A stretch of DNA of 64,000 bases from Candidatus Latescibacterota bacterium (GTDB lineage Bacteria; Latescibacterota; UBA2968; GCA-2709665), in contig CAXXJS010000040.1 in NCBI GenBank assembly GCA_963662665.2, positions 160,001 to 224,000 on the forward strand, read 5' to 3'. Within the stretch, counting starts at the first letter, position 1. Every line of letters begins with the position of its first letter. The notes below the pieces were generated by a model. It ran no database searches. It was not told the DNA's origin and saw nothing but the letters and a program-made list of their open reading frames with translations. The position numbers and the translations under genes are program-made. This document shows positions 51,058 through 61,463 of the stretch, one piece after another.

Positions 51058-51293
51058 TAATTTGTGCTCGTTGACGAGCCTCGAAACCTTCACATTTTTT
51101 CTGAAGGGATGCCGAAGCGTTTACATTTTTTTGAACCGGTGCCCTGCAACATGTGTCTTACTATAGGGAACGGATGCATCCCAGGCCCGGTGGCCTGTCA
51201 CGTGGCTCTTTTGTATATCAAGCCTTGTATCTTAAAGTTCCATTCAGCCGATAACCGGAAAGTTATGTTCTCGGGTTGCAAGGAGATCCAGAA

Positions 51294-53333
51294 ATGGTAC
51301 GGTTTGCGCTGGCGGTTTGCCTTGCCGCATTGAGTACGACCCGTGTCGATGCCGCACGGTCCGATCCGGCGAAGGTGGACTCGCTGCTGGCCGCTGCGGC
51401 GGATTCGCTACTCGATCGGGAACGACGCGAAGCCCTGATGAAGCGTGCGCTGAGGCATGACCGGTCCGGAAAGACGATGCACGCACTGGCGCGGTTTTAC
51501 ATGGCGCAGGGCACGCCGGTATCCCGACAGACGGCAGGCCACTGGCTGCTGCGGGCCGTGATGCGTGAGCGCGACCACCCGGATTATCTGGCAACCCATG
51601 CTGAACTGTTATGGCGGACGTTGCAGCGTCCGGATTCTTACAGAAAAGCGCTCCAGGTTCTGAAACTGGATCCCGACCATGTAGCTGGCCTCTTCTGGGC
51701 AGGGCGTTTCGCGGTCTGGGCCTGGGAGATGACCTATTTTACGGACAGACTCGATGACGACACCAAAGCGGCAATCGGGAGGTATTCAATCCGAGGCGGA
51801 AAAACACTGACGTTCGTCGAATATCCGGACCTCGACATCGAAAGTGGAATCGGCTACCTCACCCGCGTCATCAGCCTGGACCCCGTCCACTGGCCGTCAC
51901 ACCACTATCTCGGGCTTGCCTATTTCGCCGCCGACATGGCCGGGCCGCTGATCGACCTCTTCGAAGCCTATCGAAAGCGCCGGCCGGAGAATTGGAACGC
52001 CCACTTTTTCGCCGGCCTGGGTTATCAGATGAATGGCAACCTTGAAGCGGCCTATCGGGCCTACACGGACGGGCTGGACCGGATGACCGATACCGCCCGC
52101 AGGTTCATGCAGTCGCTCTTCCTGATTCGAGACCCCGGTCGGGATAAACGGGGTGAACCGCCCCCCAGCGAAGTAGAAATCCGCGAGTTCTGGCTGGAAA
52201 AGGACCCGATGTACCTGACGTCGGTCAACGAACGCCTGCTGGAACAGTGCCGACGCGTGGCCTACGCAAACCTGCGGTTCTCCGATCCCACACTCGGGCG
52301 GGAGGGCTGGCAGACCGATATGGGGCAGGTCTATATCCGGTACGGAGACCCGCGCGTCCGGTACATGGACGGCCCCGGCAGGGGCCGGAAGGACGTCTGG
52401 GACTATGGCCCGTTTACAGTGATATTCGTCCCCACGGTTACATGGGACTCCTGGCGGTTCGTAACGGCCAGACTGGGCAATAAACGCCTGAAACTCGAAC
52501 AATTGGTGGAGGAGGTACCAGATATCTATCAGCATCCGCTGCAATATGATGCTCCCTGCCAGACTGCGCAGTTCCGGCATGGCGACGGCAATACGCGAAT
52601 CGAAGTGTATTACGCGCTTCCGGATGAAAACGTGCGTCATACTCTGTCGGCAGACAATGGAAATGCCGGAGTGGACGCCAGGCAGGCGCTCTTTCTTTTC
52701 GATTCCGAATGGGATACGCTCCGGCACAACGTCTCAACCGTGGAGCGTTTGCCGAGGGTGGTTTATGAATCCACGGAAGAGGGCTTCCTGCTCGCCTCGG
52801 AACGCATGATCCTTGATCCGGGAACGTATTATCTGTCGTGCGAAGTCGAAGACCGGGCGACGAAGCGGGTGGGTACGTACCGGGAACGGATGCGGGTCAG
52901 ATCATTCGGACAGGACACACTGGAGATCAGCAGTCTGTTGATGGCGCGCCGTATTCAGATGCGGAAGAACGCGCCATACGGCCGTGACCAGTTTGCCGTT
53001 CTTCCGAATCCGTTGCAGGTGTGTCGAAGGCAAGGGCATGCGTGGTTCTATTTCGAAATCTACAATCTTTCGCGTGAGGAATTCGGAACCACGCACTACC
53101 GCATCAGCTATCAGATGCAGTCGCTGCCGGAGGGGTCGGCGCGCACGTCGGGGGGCGACTGGACAACGGCCGTTTCGTACTCTTACCGTGGCGTGAGGGA
53201 CTGGGAGCCGCGCTACCTCCGCGTGGATATGGACGGCGCATCGCCGGGTCCGAGGGCGTTTCGAGTTGTGGTGGAGGACCTGCACACCGGGCGAAGCGCC
53301 ATGGCGGAAACACGTTTCAGAGTCAGATGGTAA
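51294..53333 (+). CDS. GWxTD domain-containing secreted TPR protein
   Basis: Signal peptide, TPR-like helices, FW..KDP...NE....RVAYAN..F...GWQTDMGQVYIRYGDP. Confidence 0.9.
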   Translation: MVRFALAVCLAALSTTRVDAARSDPAKVDSLLAAAADSLLDRERREALMKRALRHDRSGKTMHALARFYMAQGTPVSRQTAGHWLLRAVMRERDHPDYLATHAELLWRTLQRPDSYRKALQVLKLDPDHVAGLFWAGRFAVWAWEMTYFTDRLDDDTKAAIGRYSIRGGKTLTFVEYPDLDIESGIGYLTRVISLDPVHWPSHHYLGLAYFAADMAGPLIDLFEAYRKRRPENWNAHFFAGLGYQMNGNLEAAYRAYTDGLDRMTDTARRFMQSLFLIRDPGRDKRGEPPPSEVEIREFWLEKDPMYLTSVNERLLEQCRRVAYANLRFSDPTLGREGWQTDMGQVYIRYGDPRVRYMDGPGRGRKDVWDYGPFTVIFVPTVTWDSWRFVTARLGNKRLKLEQLVEEVPDIYQHPLQYDAPCQTAQFRHGDGNTRIEVYYALPDENVRHTLSADNGNAGVDARQALFLFDSEWDTLRHNVSTVERLPRVVYESTEEGFLLASERMILDPGTYYLSCEVEDRATKRVGTYRERMRVRSFGQDTLEISSLLMARRIQMRKNAPYGRDQFAVLPNPLQVCRRQGHAWFYFEIYNLSREEFGTTHYRISYQMQSLPEGSARTSGGDWTTAVSYSYRGVRDWEPRYLRVDMDGASPGPRAFRVVVEDLHTGRSAMAETRFRVRW

Positions 53334-53454
53334 CGGAATTCACGCACTGAATTCAGTCCAGGACCTGCACAATGAACACAAACGAGGGCCAAGGCATTAA
53401 CCTCGGCCCTCGTTCTTCTGTTGGGGCTCTATCTGACGTTTTCGCCTCGCCGCT

Positions 53455-55857
53455 CTATTCCAGGACGGCGATTTCCCCTGGCGGGATCCGCGTTTCCGTG
53501 CCATTGTGCGTCACGAGTGCCGATGCGGCGCCCGTGTTCCGCGCCCAAACGCCGCCGGTCCCGGCGGCGTTGACTTCCAGCGCACCGTCCGTCTGGATGT
53601 TCAGAATCGCTTCCTGCAAACGGGCTTCGCCTGACGTGAGGTTTCGCGCATAGGCGACGCTGTCTCCATCTACACGGGTAACGCCATCGAAGATGGGAAT
53701 ATTCGGGAGGTCCGAGCGATTCGCCGTGAAGGTTAACCCGCCGGCCTTTTCTCCGAAGTTCGCCACGGCAAGGTGATTGTCCGCGAGCAGGCCGACGGCG
53801 GACGGTATTGTCTGAAGGGCGACAAAGTCGATACCGGCCGTTGTTCGATGGGTACGGTCCGGGGCGATGAGCGCCGTGAGTTCGGAAATGGTCTTCCCGG
53901 CGGTTACCTGGAACGGTTGATCGACCCGGCTGAGGGTGAGGTCGTCCGCCACGGCGCGCCAGACCTGGTAGAAGTGCCGGTTGTGGTAGACTGTGTTCCC
54001 TGTACCCGTGTAGACGATGCCCATGCGGTTGTCGACGTTGAGCCACGCCGGATGATCGTAGGTCTTGACAACGTCGCTGTCCGGATCCCTGGTGACGTAA
54101 CTCTTGAAGCGATCCGAACCGCCAGGCGTGTGGACGGTACGGTAACCGTTGCAGTTTCCCTTCAAGGCTTTGAAGTCTTCATTGACGATGCGCAGGAAGC
54201 CCTGGTCTACACTCTGAACGGTTATCGTCTCTTGGGCCGTGAGCCGTTCGCAAGAGAGGGAGATCCCGGAGGGAAGGCCGGCAAAGAGCACTTCCTGCCG
54301 AACCGAACGCTGTGCGCGGTCCAGGATCATGGCGGCTGCGAAGCCGTCCTGCTGTTCGTCCAGGCGAACCGAGACCAGGTCGTGGCTGTCGGGCTTGCCC
54401 TGAACGTCAATGCGGGCCATAAACGAATTTGACGCCGGCGCGACCGTATAGAGGCCGTCTTTATTCAACGGCAGCGCCATGATGTCGTTGCGCCAGGAAA
54501 GTGAAGACTGACCGGTCCGGTGCCGATGGAAGACAAAGCCGGAATGGGGATAGACCTTGACACCTTTCAGTCTGCGTTCGACCGCCGCCGCGGACTCCGG
54601 TTCGGGCCCGTCGCCGAAAATCCTGTGGAGAAAATAGGTGTGGGCGGGACTGACGATATTGTGTTCCCGGATGATCAGCGGATCCTGAGGTCCGTGCACA
54701 ATTTCCGCGATCTGCCGTTCATGCATGCGCCCGCCCGCGCTTTCGGCGCGCTGTTCCAGGGTTTCGAGTGCCCGGCTCTCAAAAAAGGCCCCATCCGGAT
54801 CGTCCAGAAGCAGTGCGGCCGTCGCATGCGTCAGCGTTCCGGAATCGGGCGGGATATACGGCCAGTCCATACCCTGCACGGGATGCATCGAGCCGGTCCG
54901 GTCCGTCGTACGTTTGAGCTGATCGTAAATCTCCATCCGGTTGAAGAGCGCATGTTCCGGAATCCCCACGCCGAACGTTCCGTAGATGATACCGAGCCGC
55001 CCGGTGAACATGACCGAACTGCCGGTGTAGCTGGGATGTACCATACCGTGGTTCTCGGCCATGTAGTCCGGCAGTGCGACGAACGTCTGGCCGGTCAGTT
55101 CCCTGACCGTCTGTCCGTCTGAGAAGCGTGCGTGATTCTTCGTGTCCTGCTGGGTCGTGGTGGTCGAAAACATCCACCGGCGGGCCGTTTCGGCCCAGGA
55201 TTTGACGTTGGGCGAGTTGCTCAGGAAACATTCAACCGAGGCCAGGCCGCACGACGTCCAGCCGTTCTCTTCCATCTGTGTATTGGTGTAGACGCCGCTT
55301 TTCGGCGCCATGGCGCCGAACCGCTCGGCATAGTCTTCGTGCATGCGCGCGATCATACTCCACGTCTCGTCGTCAACCAGGTTGCCCAGCATCAGGGCGG
55401 TCAGGGCGACGTCGGAAAGATTCGTTCCGCACTGGCTCTCGGGGAAAAACCCCCTGCCGCGCTCGCCCCACTTCGTTCCCCATGTTCGGGGATTGCCAAG
55501 GCTTTTTTCAGGTCGGATACACTCGGTCGGACCCGTGTCGTGGGTAAAGCAGAGGTAGCGGATCCCCTTCAGCGCGAGTTCCCTCAGTTCTTCTTTCGAG
55601 CATCCTGTTCTTTTCGAATCGTATTCGGGCGAGTTCGCCAGCGCGGCAAACACGAAAGCCGGCCCGGCAGTGTCGCTGCCGTACCAGTGGGCCCCGCCGA
55701 AAAAATGCCCGCAGTTGGGACGCTCCGGCCAGTCCTCGAAATAGCTCAGGCCTACCGGCACCCAGTTCTCCAGAATGCGTTTATAACGCCTGCTCAGCGG
55801 GGTTTCCCTGTCCGGCACGGACGTCCGGCGACGGTTGGTCAGAATATCGGGGCGCAT
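53455..55857 (-). CDS. Hypothetical 800-aa protein (alpha-barrel plus beta-sandwich, lyase-like)
   Basis: Long ORF with AGGAG RBS; motifs NTQMEENGW and ENHG.VHPSY; function not assigned. Confidence 0.7.
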   Translation of the reverse strand: MRPDILTNRRRTSVPDRETPLSRRYKRILENWVPVGLSYFEDWPERPNCGHFFGGAHWYGSDTAGPAFVFAALANSPEYDSKRTGCSKEELRELALKGIRYLCFTHDTGPTECIRPEKSLGNPRTWGTKWGERGRGFFPESQCGTNLSDVALTALMLGNLVDDETWSMIARMHEDYAERFGAMAPKSGVYTNTQMEENGWTSCGLASVECFLSNSPNVKSWAETARRWMFSTTTTQQDTKNHARFSDGQTVRELTGQTFVALPDYMAENHGMVHPSYTGSSVMFTGRLGIIYGTFGVGIPEHALFNRMEIYDQLKRTTDRTGSMHPVQGMDWPYIPPDSGTLTHATAALLLDDPDGAFFESRALETLEQRAESAGGRMHERQIAEIVHGPQDPLIIREHNIVSPAHTYFLHRIFGDGPEPESAAAVERRLKGVKVYPHSGFVFHRHRTGQSSLSWRNDIMALPLNKDGLYTVAPASNSFMARIDVQGKPDSHDLVSVRLDEQQDGFAAAMILDRAQRSVRQEVLFAGLPSGISLSCERLTAQETITVQSVDQGFLRIVNEDFKALKGNCNGYRTVHTPGGSDRFKSYVTRDPDSDVVKTYDHPAWLNVDNRMGIVYTGTGNTVYHNRHFYQVWRAVADDLTLSRVDQPFQVTAGKTISELTALIAPDRTHRTTAGIDFVALQTIPSAVGLLADNHLAVANFGEKAGGLTFTANRSDLPNIPIFDGVTRVDGDSVAYARNLTSGEARLQEAILNIQTDGALEVNAAGTGGVWARNTGAASALVTHNGTETRIPPGEIAVLE

Positions 55858-55972
55858 GATGTCTCCTTTTTTGATTTAGTCGCTGATCGAAGGCTTCAGA
55901 ACGATAAATTAGCTGCATTGTACATCAGATCAGCAGAGTCATTCCCACCGCTCGACTATCGCTTTCACCGGC

Positions 55973-56857
55973 TCAAGCAGCGGTGAACCGGTAAGCACTT
56001 TCCGAAAATCTGTCCCTGTGCTTGGGATCAAGAAGGATCCTACTGTCCATACCCTCCAGAAGTGCGTACCTCTCGACTAGGCACTTAAATGCTCCGTGGT
56101 CTAGACAACTGTAGAAGAGAAGTCCCAGTTCATCACTTGACAACTGACCACGAATAAGATTGGTATAGCGATGTCTCTCCTCGAGATCTCGCAAGAAAGG
56201 ATGTTGGTCGACGAACTCAACCGTATTGTAGAGATGGCGAAAGTAGTGATCGACGTTGCGATAGTGCCTGTTGGCAAATTCGCGCCAGATCTCCTCGAAT
56301 TCTCTGTCGGATTCGTCGTTGGTAAATAAGTTCGACAAGTTGGCGTTCAATTGCGCAAAGCTGCCGCGGCCAGTTGAGTCTATGAATGACAATGAACCGA
56401 CAATTTCATTGTGAAAACGTAAGAGTTGGAAAAAAGAATCCTCAAAATTCTGTTTTTTTAACGTTTGATCTTGAGCCTCAAGTTGCTCCTTTTGCCCCTT
56501 GATTTCCTTTCGGGTCCGCTCTAACTCGTCGCGCTGTAGCTTAAGTTCCTCTCTTTGGAGACTTAGTTCATTTTTCTGTAGGATTATCGCCCAAATTACG
56601 CCCGCAAACGCAAGACCAGCGAATAGCGCATTGATTGCTCCGAACATGTCCCCGAATTGACCTCGATGTTCTAATTCAGACATGAACAGTGTGGTTACGC
56701 ACCAATAGGCGAACCATAGCAAAATCACGGCCGCAAAAATAAACCATGGGAACAAACGAGTTTTTTTAAGCCCGGGGTCTGAATTCAAGACCTCTTCTCC
56801 ACAAGAATCAACAACCGTTGGGACGTGCAAACGAACGAAATTTGAGAAATGCCTCAC
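55973..56857 (-). CDS. Putative phage abortive infection protein (putAbiC-like, two TM plus coiled coil); start uncertain
   Basis: GQFGDMFGAINALFAGLAF, Q.FEDSFFQLL, HYFRHLY, Y..LIRGQLSSDEL.LLFY. Confidence 0.8.
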   Translation of the reverse strand: MRHFSNFVRLHVPTVVDSCGEEVLNSDPGLKKTRLFPWFIFAAVILLWFAYWCVTTLFMSELEHRGQFGDMFGAINALFAGLAFAGVIWAIILQKNELSLQREELKLQRDELERTRKEIKGQKEQLEAQDQTLKKQNFEDSFFQLLRFHNEIVGSLSFIDSTGRGSFAQLNANLSNLFTNDESDREFEEIWREFANRHYRNVDHYFRHLYNTVEFVDQHPFLRDLEERHRYTNLIRGQLSSDELGLLFYSCLDHGAFKCLVERYALLEGMDSRILLDPKHRDRFSESAYRFTAA

Positions 56858-57500
56858 CGCGACGATAGATGAGTCGAAGCTTTTTGCATCAATCGGTCTG
56901 CTCTTCGCCCATCATCATCCTATAGTGTTCCCCATTGCCTGTGTGACAGAATATATCCTTGAAGACCTTTAGATACGAGTCGGCCATGGCCTGGTCAGGC
57001 GAGTAGTGAGGATCATCAAAAGCCGAATGAGAGCCTTCATTGATCCAAGAAAATAACGATCTGCAAATCAGTTTTCTTTCTCCGTCGAATTTGGCACTGA
57101 TTTTTTCGAAATCTACACTTCCGGTTATTTTGAAGTAGTGTTCAAGAATTCTCCTAAGAGTATTCGGCAGTGAAAGTCCGGTTTGGTCAGGCCTCGTTAC
57201 TTCCCGCCAAAGCAATTCATAGGTGCTGGTTATGGGATTCGTACTGTGAGATTCAATTCGGGATGACATACCCGACTTTCTCACAGTCCAAAATGTCTCG
57301 TCTTTCCGCTTGTGTTGCTTACTTTTGCTATCGAATGAGACTTCTTTATGGAAATAGGCATTGTGAGTTAAGACTAAGACTTGCTTGATATTCCCGCCGT
57401 TCTTTTGCCGCACATCCGCAAAAAGCGCCCTAATTAGACTACTGACAACAAATAACACGTCGGAACGTGTCAATAGAAATGAGACAACGCCCGTTGGAAT

Positions 57501-58514
57501 TTAGTGAAGTAACGGATGGCGTTCGATGGTATTCGCGGGTTGGTTAATCCACACTTCGTCCGGAACGCGTGGTGGACGAGGATGCCCCTTAACAAATCGT
57601 TCAGGGTGGTTGTGATAAGCTTTGTCCAGCACCGTTTGCCTGGCGGCTTGAACCTGCTGTGTCAGCCCATAGTGGACGGTGTCGGGGGTGAGCAATCCCA
57701 GGCCGCTGTGACGGTGCTGGGTGTTGTACCAGGGAAAGAAGGCCTGTAAATAGGTACGCGCTTCCGGCCGGTCGGTGAAGCGCTCGGGGTATGCTGGGGT
57801 GTATTTGAGCGTCTTGAATTGGCTTTCGGAATACGGGTTGTCATCGGAAACGCGGGGTCGAGAGTAGCTGGCCAGGATGTCGAGATCCATCATCAACTGC
57901 GAAAACGTCTTGGCCGCCATGGGTGCGCCACGGTCCTGGTGCAGCGTCAGTTGTCCGGGTTGAATGCCCTGCTTCTGGCACGCGCTGGCAATCAGGCGCT
58001 TTGCGTTTGTGGCGCTCTCCCTTGTGGCGACCATCCAGGCCACGACATAGCGGGAGAACAGATCCAGTACCACGTAGAGGGGATAGGTCACCCACTTGCG
58101 GGGTCCTGGCAGACGCGTGATATCCCACGTCCAGACCTGGTTGGGCGCACTGGCCATCAACCGGGGGGGTTCGAGACGTGGATGACGCCGCTGGTGTCGC
58201 CGCTGGCGCACCTCCCCTGCGTCGTGCAGTACCCGATACATCGTGCGGATCGAGCAGACATACCGTCCTTCCTCCAGCAACGTGGCGTAGACTGCCGCTG
58301 GGGCCCGGTCTGCGAAGCGATCCTCGTGCAGGATGTCCAGCACGGCAGCGCGCTCGGTTTGGGAAAGCGCACGTGGCGACGAGGGGCGCGCGCTACGAGG
58401 ACCCGATCGCGATGGTTTACGCGCACGGTAGACCGAAGCACGCGCCACACCCAACGCCCGACACGCCCCCGCCAACCCGACCTTTGGGGCCAGTTGTTCT
58501 GCCGCACGCATCAT
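57501..58514 (-). CDS. IS3 transposase OrfB (DDE integrase core)
   Basis: NQVWTWDIT, LHQDRG, DNPYSESQFKTLK. Confidence 0.93.
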   Translation of the reverse strand: MMRAAEQLAPKVGLAGACRALGVARASVYRARKPSRSGPRSARPSSPRALSQTERAAVLDILHEDRFADRAPAAVYATLLEEGRYVCSIRTMYRVLHDAGEVRQRRHQRRHPRLEPPRLMASAPNQVWTWDITRLPGPRKWVTYPLYVVLDLFSRYVVAWMVATRESATNAKRLIASACQKQGIQPGQLTLHQDRGAPMAAKTFSQLMMDLDILASYSRPRVSDDNPYSESQFKTLKYTPAYPERFTDRPEARTYLQAFFPWYNTQHRHSGLGLLTPDTVHYGLTQQVQAARQTVLDKAYHNHPERFVKGHPRPPRVPDEVWINQPANTIERHPLLH

Positions 58515-59011
58515 ACGTCGTCGTCGCTTGGCGGACGGTTCAGGGGGATGCCCAGGATCTCGGAGGCTTTTTTTTGGATCTCGAGGATCGTGTTCGCCTG
58601 CTCCAGCCGTCGACGCAAACGGGCGTTTTCCTTGCGCAGTTGCTCGTTCTCGACGGCGACCTCGTCGCGGCGATGTCCCTTGGGTCCCCGCGATTTGGAT
58701 AGTGCCTTGAGCGACCCCTCACGACGCGCCCGACGCCACTGGGTCAACTGCGAGGAATACAACCCTTCGCGGCGCAGCAGCGCGCCAACTTCACCAGGGG
58801 CCCGGCAAGCCTCCGCCTCTTCCAGAATGCGAAGCTTGTACCGCGAGGTGAACCGGCGACGCTTCGCACGCGCCGGCACCTCCGGATCCGGCCTCGTGGT
58901 TGTGGAGGTCCCGCGCGGGACCTCCACAACCAGAGACCCCTTGCTACCGTTGTCTCCAACATCGACTCTTGACCTCATCTCGTGTTCTCCTCTCCGCCCT
59001 ATATACGACAT
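58511..59011 (-). CDS. IS3 transposase OrfA (HTH)
   Basis: RRRFT..YKLRILEEA...LRREGLYSSQL..WR; A8G frameshift motif near its 3' end (58567-58575). Confidence 0.9.
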   Translation of the reverse strand: MSYIGRRGEHEMRSRVDVGDNGSKGSLVVEVPRGTSTTTRPDPEVPARAKRRRFTSRYKLRILEEAEACRAPGEVGALLRREGLYSSQLTQWRRARREGSLKALSKSRGPKGHRRDEVAVENEQLRKENARLRRRLEQANTILEIQKKASEILGIPLNRPPSDDDV

Positions 59012-59203
59012 TAATCTCGGAGGGGGAGTTGTCTCACTCTATATTGGCACGTCGGGACGTTGCTATCAAGACTGGAGACAGGATCATCAATCACAACGAC
59101 ACGATCGGACGTCACACCACTCTCCGAAGGGCTGCCTTTGACTAAGTGGTAAAAATAAAGGAACGGAACGTGTCAATAGAAATGAGACAACGCCCGTTGG
59201 AAT

Positions 59204-60217
59204 TTAGTGAAGTAACTGATGGCATTCGATGGTATTCGCGGGTTGGTTTATCCACACTTCGTCCGGAACGCTTGGCGGACGAGGATGCCCCTTAACAAAT
59301 CGTTCAGGGTGTTTATGATAAGCCTGGTCCAGCACCGTTTGTCTGACGGCCTGAATCTGCTGTGTCAGCCCATAGTGGACGGTGTCGGGGGTGTGCAATC
59401 CCAGGCCGCTGTGACGGTGTTTTGTGTTGTACCAGTGAAAGAAGGCCTGCAAATAGGTGCGCGCTTCTTGCGGATCGGTGAAGCGCTCGGGGTATGATGG
59501 GGTGTATTTGAGCGTCTTGAACTGGCTTTCAGAATACGGGTTGTCATCGGAAACGCGGGGTCGAGAGTAGCTGGCCAGGATGTCGAGATCCATCAGCAAC
59601 TGCGAAAACGTCTTGGCCGTCATCGGTGCGCCACGGTCCTGGTGCAGCGTCAGCTGTCCGGGTTGAATGCCCTGCTTCTGGCACGCGTTGGCAATAAGCC
59701 GCTTTGCGTTTGTGGCGCTCTCCCTTGCGGCGACCATCCAGGCCACGACATAGCGGGAGAACAGATCCAGTACGACGTAGAGGGGAAAGGTCACCCACTT
59801 GCGGGGTCCTGGCAGCCTGGTGATATCCCACGTCCAGACCTGGTTGGGCGCACTGGCCATCAACCGGGGTGGTTCGAGACGTGGATGACGCCGCTGGTGT
59901 CGCCGCTGGCGCACCTCCCCTGCGTCGTGCAGTACCCGATACATCGTGCGGATCGAGCAGACATACCGTCCTTCCTCCAGCAACGTGGCGTAGACTGCCG
60001 CTGGGGCCCGGTCTGCGAAGCGATCCTCGTGCAGGATGTCCAGCACGGCAGCGCGCTCGGTTTGGGAAAGCGCACGTGGCGACGAGGGGCGCGCGCTACG
60101 AGGACCCGATCGCGATGGTTTACGCGCACGGTAGACCGAAGCACGCGCCACACCCAACGCCCGACACGCCCCCGCCAACCCGACCTTTGGGGCCAGTTGT
60201 TCTGCCGCACGCATCAT
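59204..60217 (-). CDS. IS3 transposase OrfB
   Basis: As copy A, with several substitutions in the C-terminal half. Confidence 0.93.
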   Translation of the reverse strand: MMRAAEQLAPKVGLAGACRALGVARASVYRARKPSRSGPRSARPSSPRALSQTERAAVLDILHEDRFADRAPAAVYATLLEEGRYVCSIRTMYRVLHDAGEVRQRRHQRRHPRLEPPRLMASAPNQVWTWDITRLPGPRKWVTFPLYVVLDLFSRYVVAWMVAARESATNAKRLIANACQKQGIQPGQLTLHQDRGAPMTAKTFSQLLMDLDILASYSRPRVSDDNPYSESQFKTLKYTPSYPERFTDPQEARTYLQAFFHWYNTKHRHSGLGLHTPDTVHYGLTQQIQAVRQTVLDQAYHKHPERFVKGHPRPPSVPDEVWINQPANTIECHQLLH

Positions 60218-60714
60218 ACGTCGTCGTCGCTTGGCGGACGGTTCAGGGGGATGCCCAGGATCTCGGAGGCTTTTTTTTGGATCTCGAGGATCGTGTTCGC
60301 CTGCTCCAGCCGTCGACGCAAACGGGCGTTTTCCTTGCGCAGTTGCTCGTTCTCGACGGCGACCTCGTCGCGGCGACGTCCCTTGGGTCCCCGCGATTTG
60401 GATAGTGCCTTGAGCGACCCCTCACGACGCGCCCGACGCCACTGGGTCAACTGCGAGGAATACAACCCTTCGCGACGCAGCAGCGCGCCAACTTCACCAG
60501 GAGCCCGGCAAGCCTCCGCCTCTTCCAGGATGCGAAGCTTATACCGCGCGGTGAACCGGCGACGCTTCGCACGCGCAGGCACCTCCGGATCCGGCCTCGT
60601 GGTTGTGGAGGTCCCGCGCGGGACCTCCACAACCAGAGACCCCTTGCTGCCGTTGTCTCCAACATCGACTCTTGACCTCATCTCGTGCTCTCCTCTCCGC
60701 CCAATGTACGACAT
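60214..60714 (-). CDS. IS3 transposase OrfA
   Basis: As copy A. Confidence 0.9.
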   Translation of the reverse strand: MSYIGRRGEHEMRSRVDVGDNGSKGSLVVEVPRGTSTTTRPDPEVPARAKRRRFTARYKLRILEEAEACRAPGEVGALLRREGLYSSQLTQWRRARREGSLKALSKSRGPKGRRRDEVAVENEQLRKENARLRRRLEQANTILEIQKKASEILGIPLNRPPSDDDV

Positions 60715-61463
60715 TAAACTCGGAGGGGGAGTTGTCTCACTCTATATTGGCACGTAGGGGAACGCAATAAAGCTCCTCTCGCCCTCGCTGAGTGTTTCTT
60801 TTGCGTCAGACCCGTCCGGTCGTTTGATCTCGTAGAATCGATCCCTTTTGGATCTCGCCAAAACAAAACCTTCAAATCCAAATGACTTTAGGAGGGTGTT
60901 GATTGCGCCAATTGTAGGTTGAATGGTTGTCGTATGTCTCTCAAGGGCTATGATTTCTTTTTCCTTCTTCAGTTTTTCGTCCGTTTTCTTAGCAATATTT
61001 GTGTTTAAATTCCCAATCGCTTTTTCGAGGTCTCTTTTCCTTTTCATATAGGAGTTAAGTTGAACCGTTATCTGGCAATCTAGCAGGTATCGCCACACCT
61101 GATTCGTTAGATTAGATCGCTCTGCGAGGGCGTTCTGCACCAACATGTTTTGTTCCTTGATTTTTGTATTCGCCGCCACTACACACTTGTTGATATTAGC
61201 AAAAACACCACTTAGCGACTCAAGCTCCATAGAATTGCTCGGCTCCCGCCTTTTCTCTTCTATACGTTGGATATTCATTTGCAATTTGGCATCGCAGACA
61301 TCGCTTAGATTCTGCATCCTAACTACGTCCAGGCATTCAGGCGGACGGTCGAGTATTGATTCTAATTCCTGCCGAAGACGCCGTGAGTCGGTTTTGTAGG
61401 CGGCTAGAAGGCTGTCAATTGCAGTAGAATCCGCCTCAAACGCTTCGTCGAAATATTCGTTAA

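Larger units (their letters stand above)
57461..59056 (-). mobile_element. IS3-family element, copy A (1596 bp), 4-bp target duplication ACGT
   Basis: Ends CGGAACGTGTCAATAGAAATGAGACAAC / GTTGTCTCACTCTATATTGGCACGTCGGG; ACGT at 57457 and 59057. Confidence 0.92.
59164..60759 (-). mobile_element. IS3-family element, copy B (1596 bp), 3-bp target duplication GAA
   Basis: Same ends as copy A; GAA at 59161 and 60760; diverged isoform. Confidence 0.92.

Noticed and set aside
57819-60757. Long plus-strand ORFs across the IS3 copies
   Set aside because: Antisense to the transposase genes.
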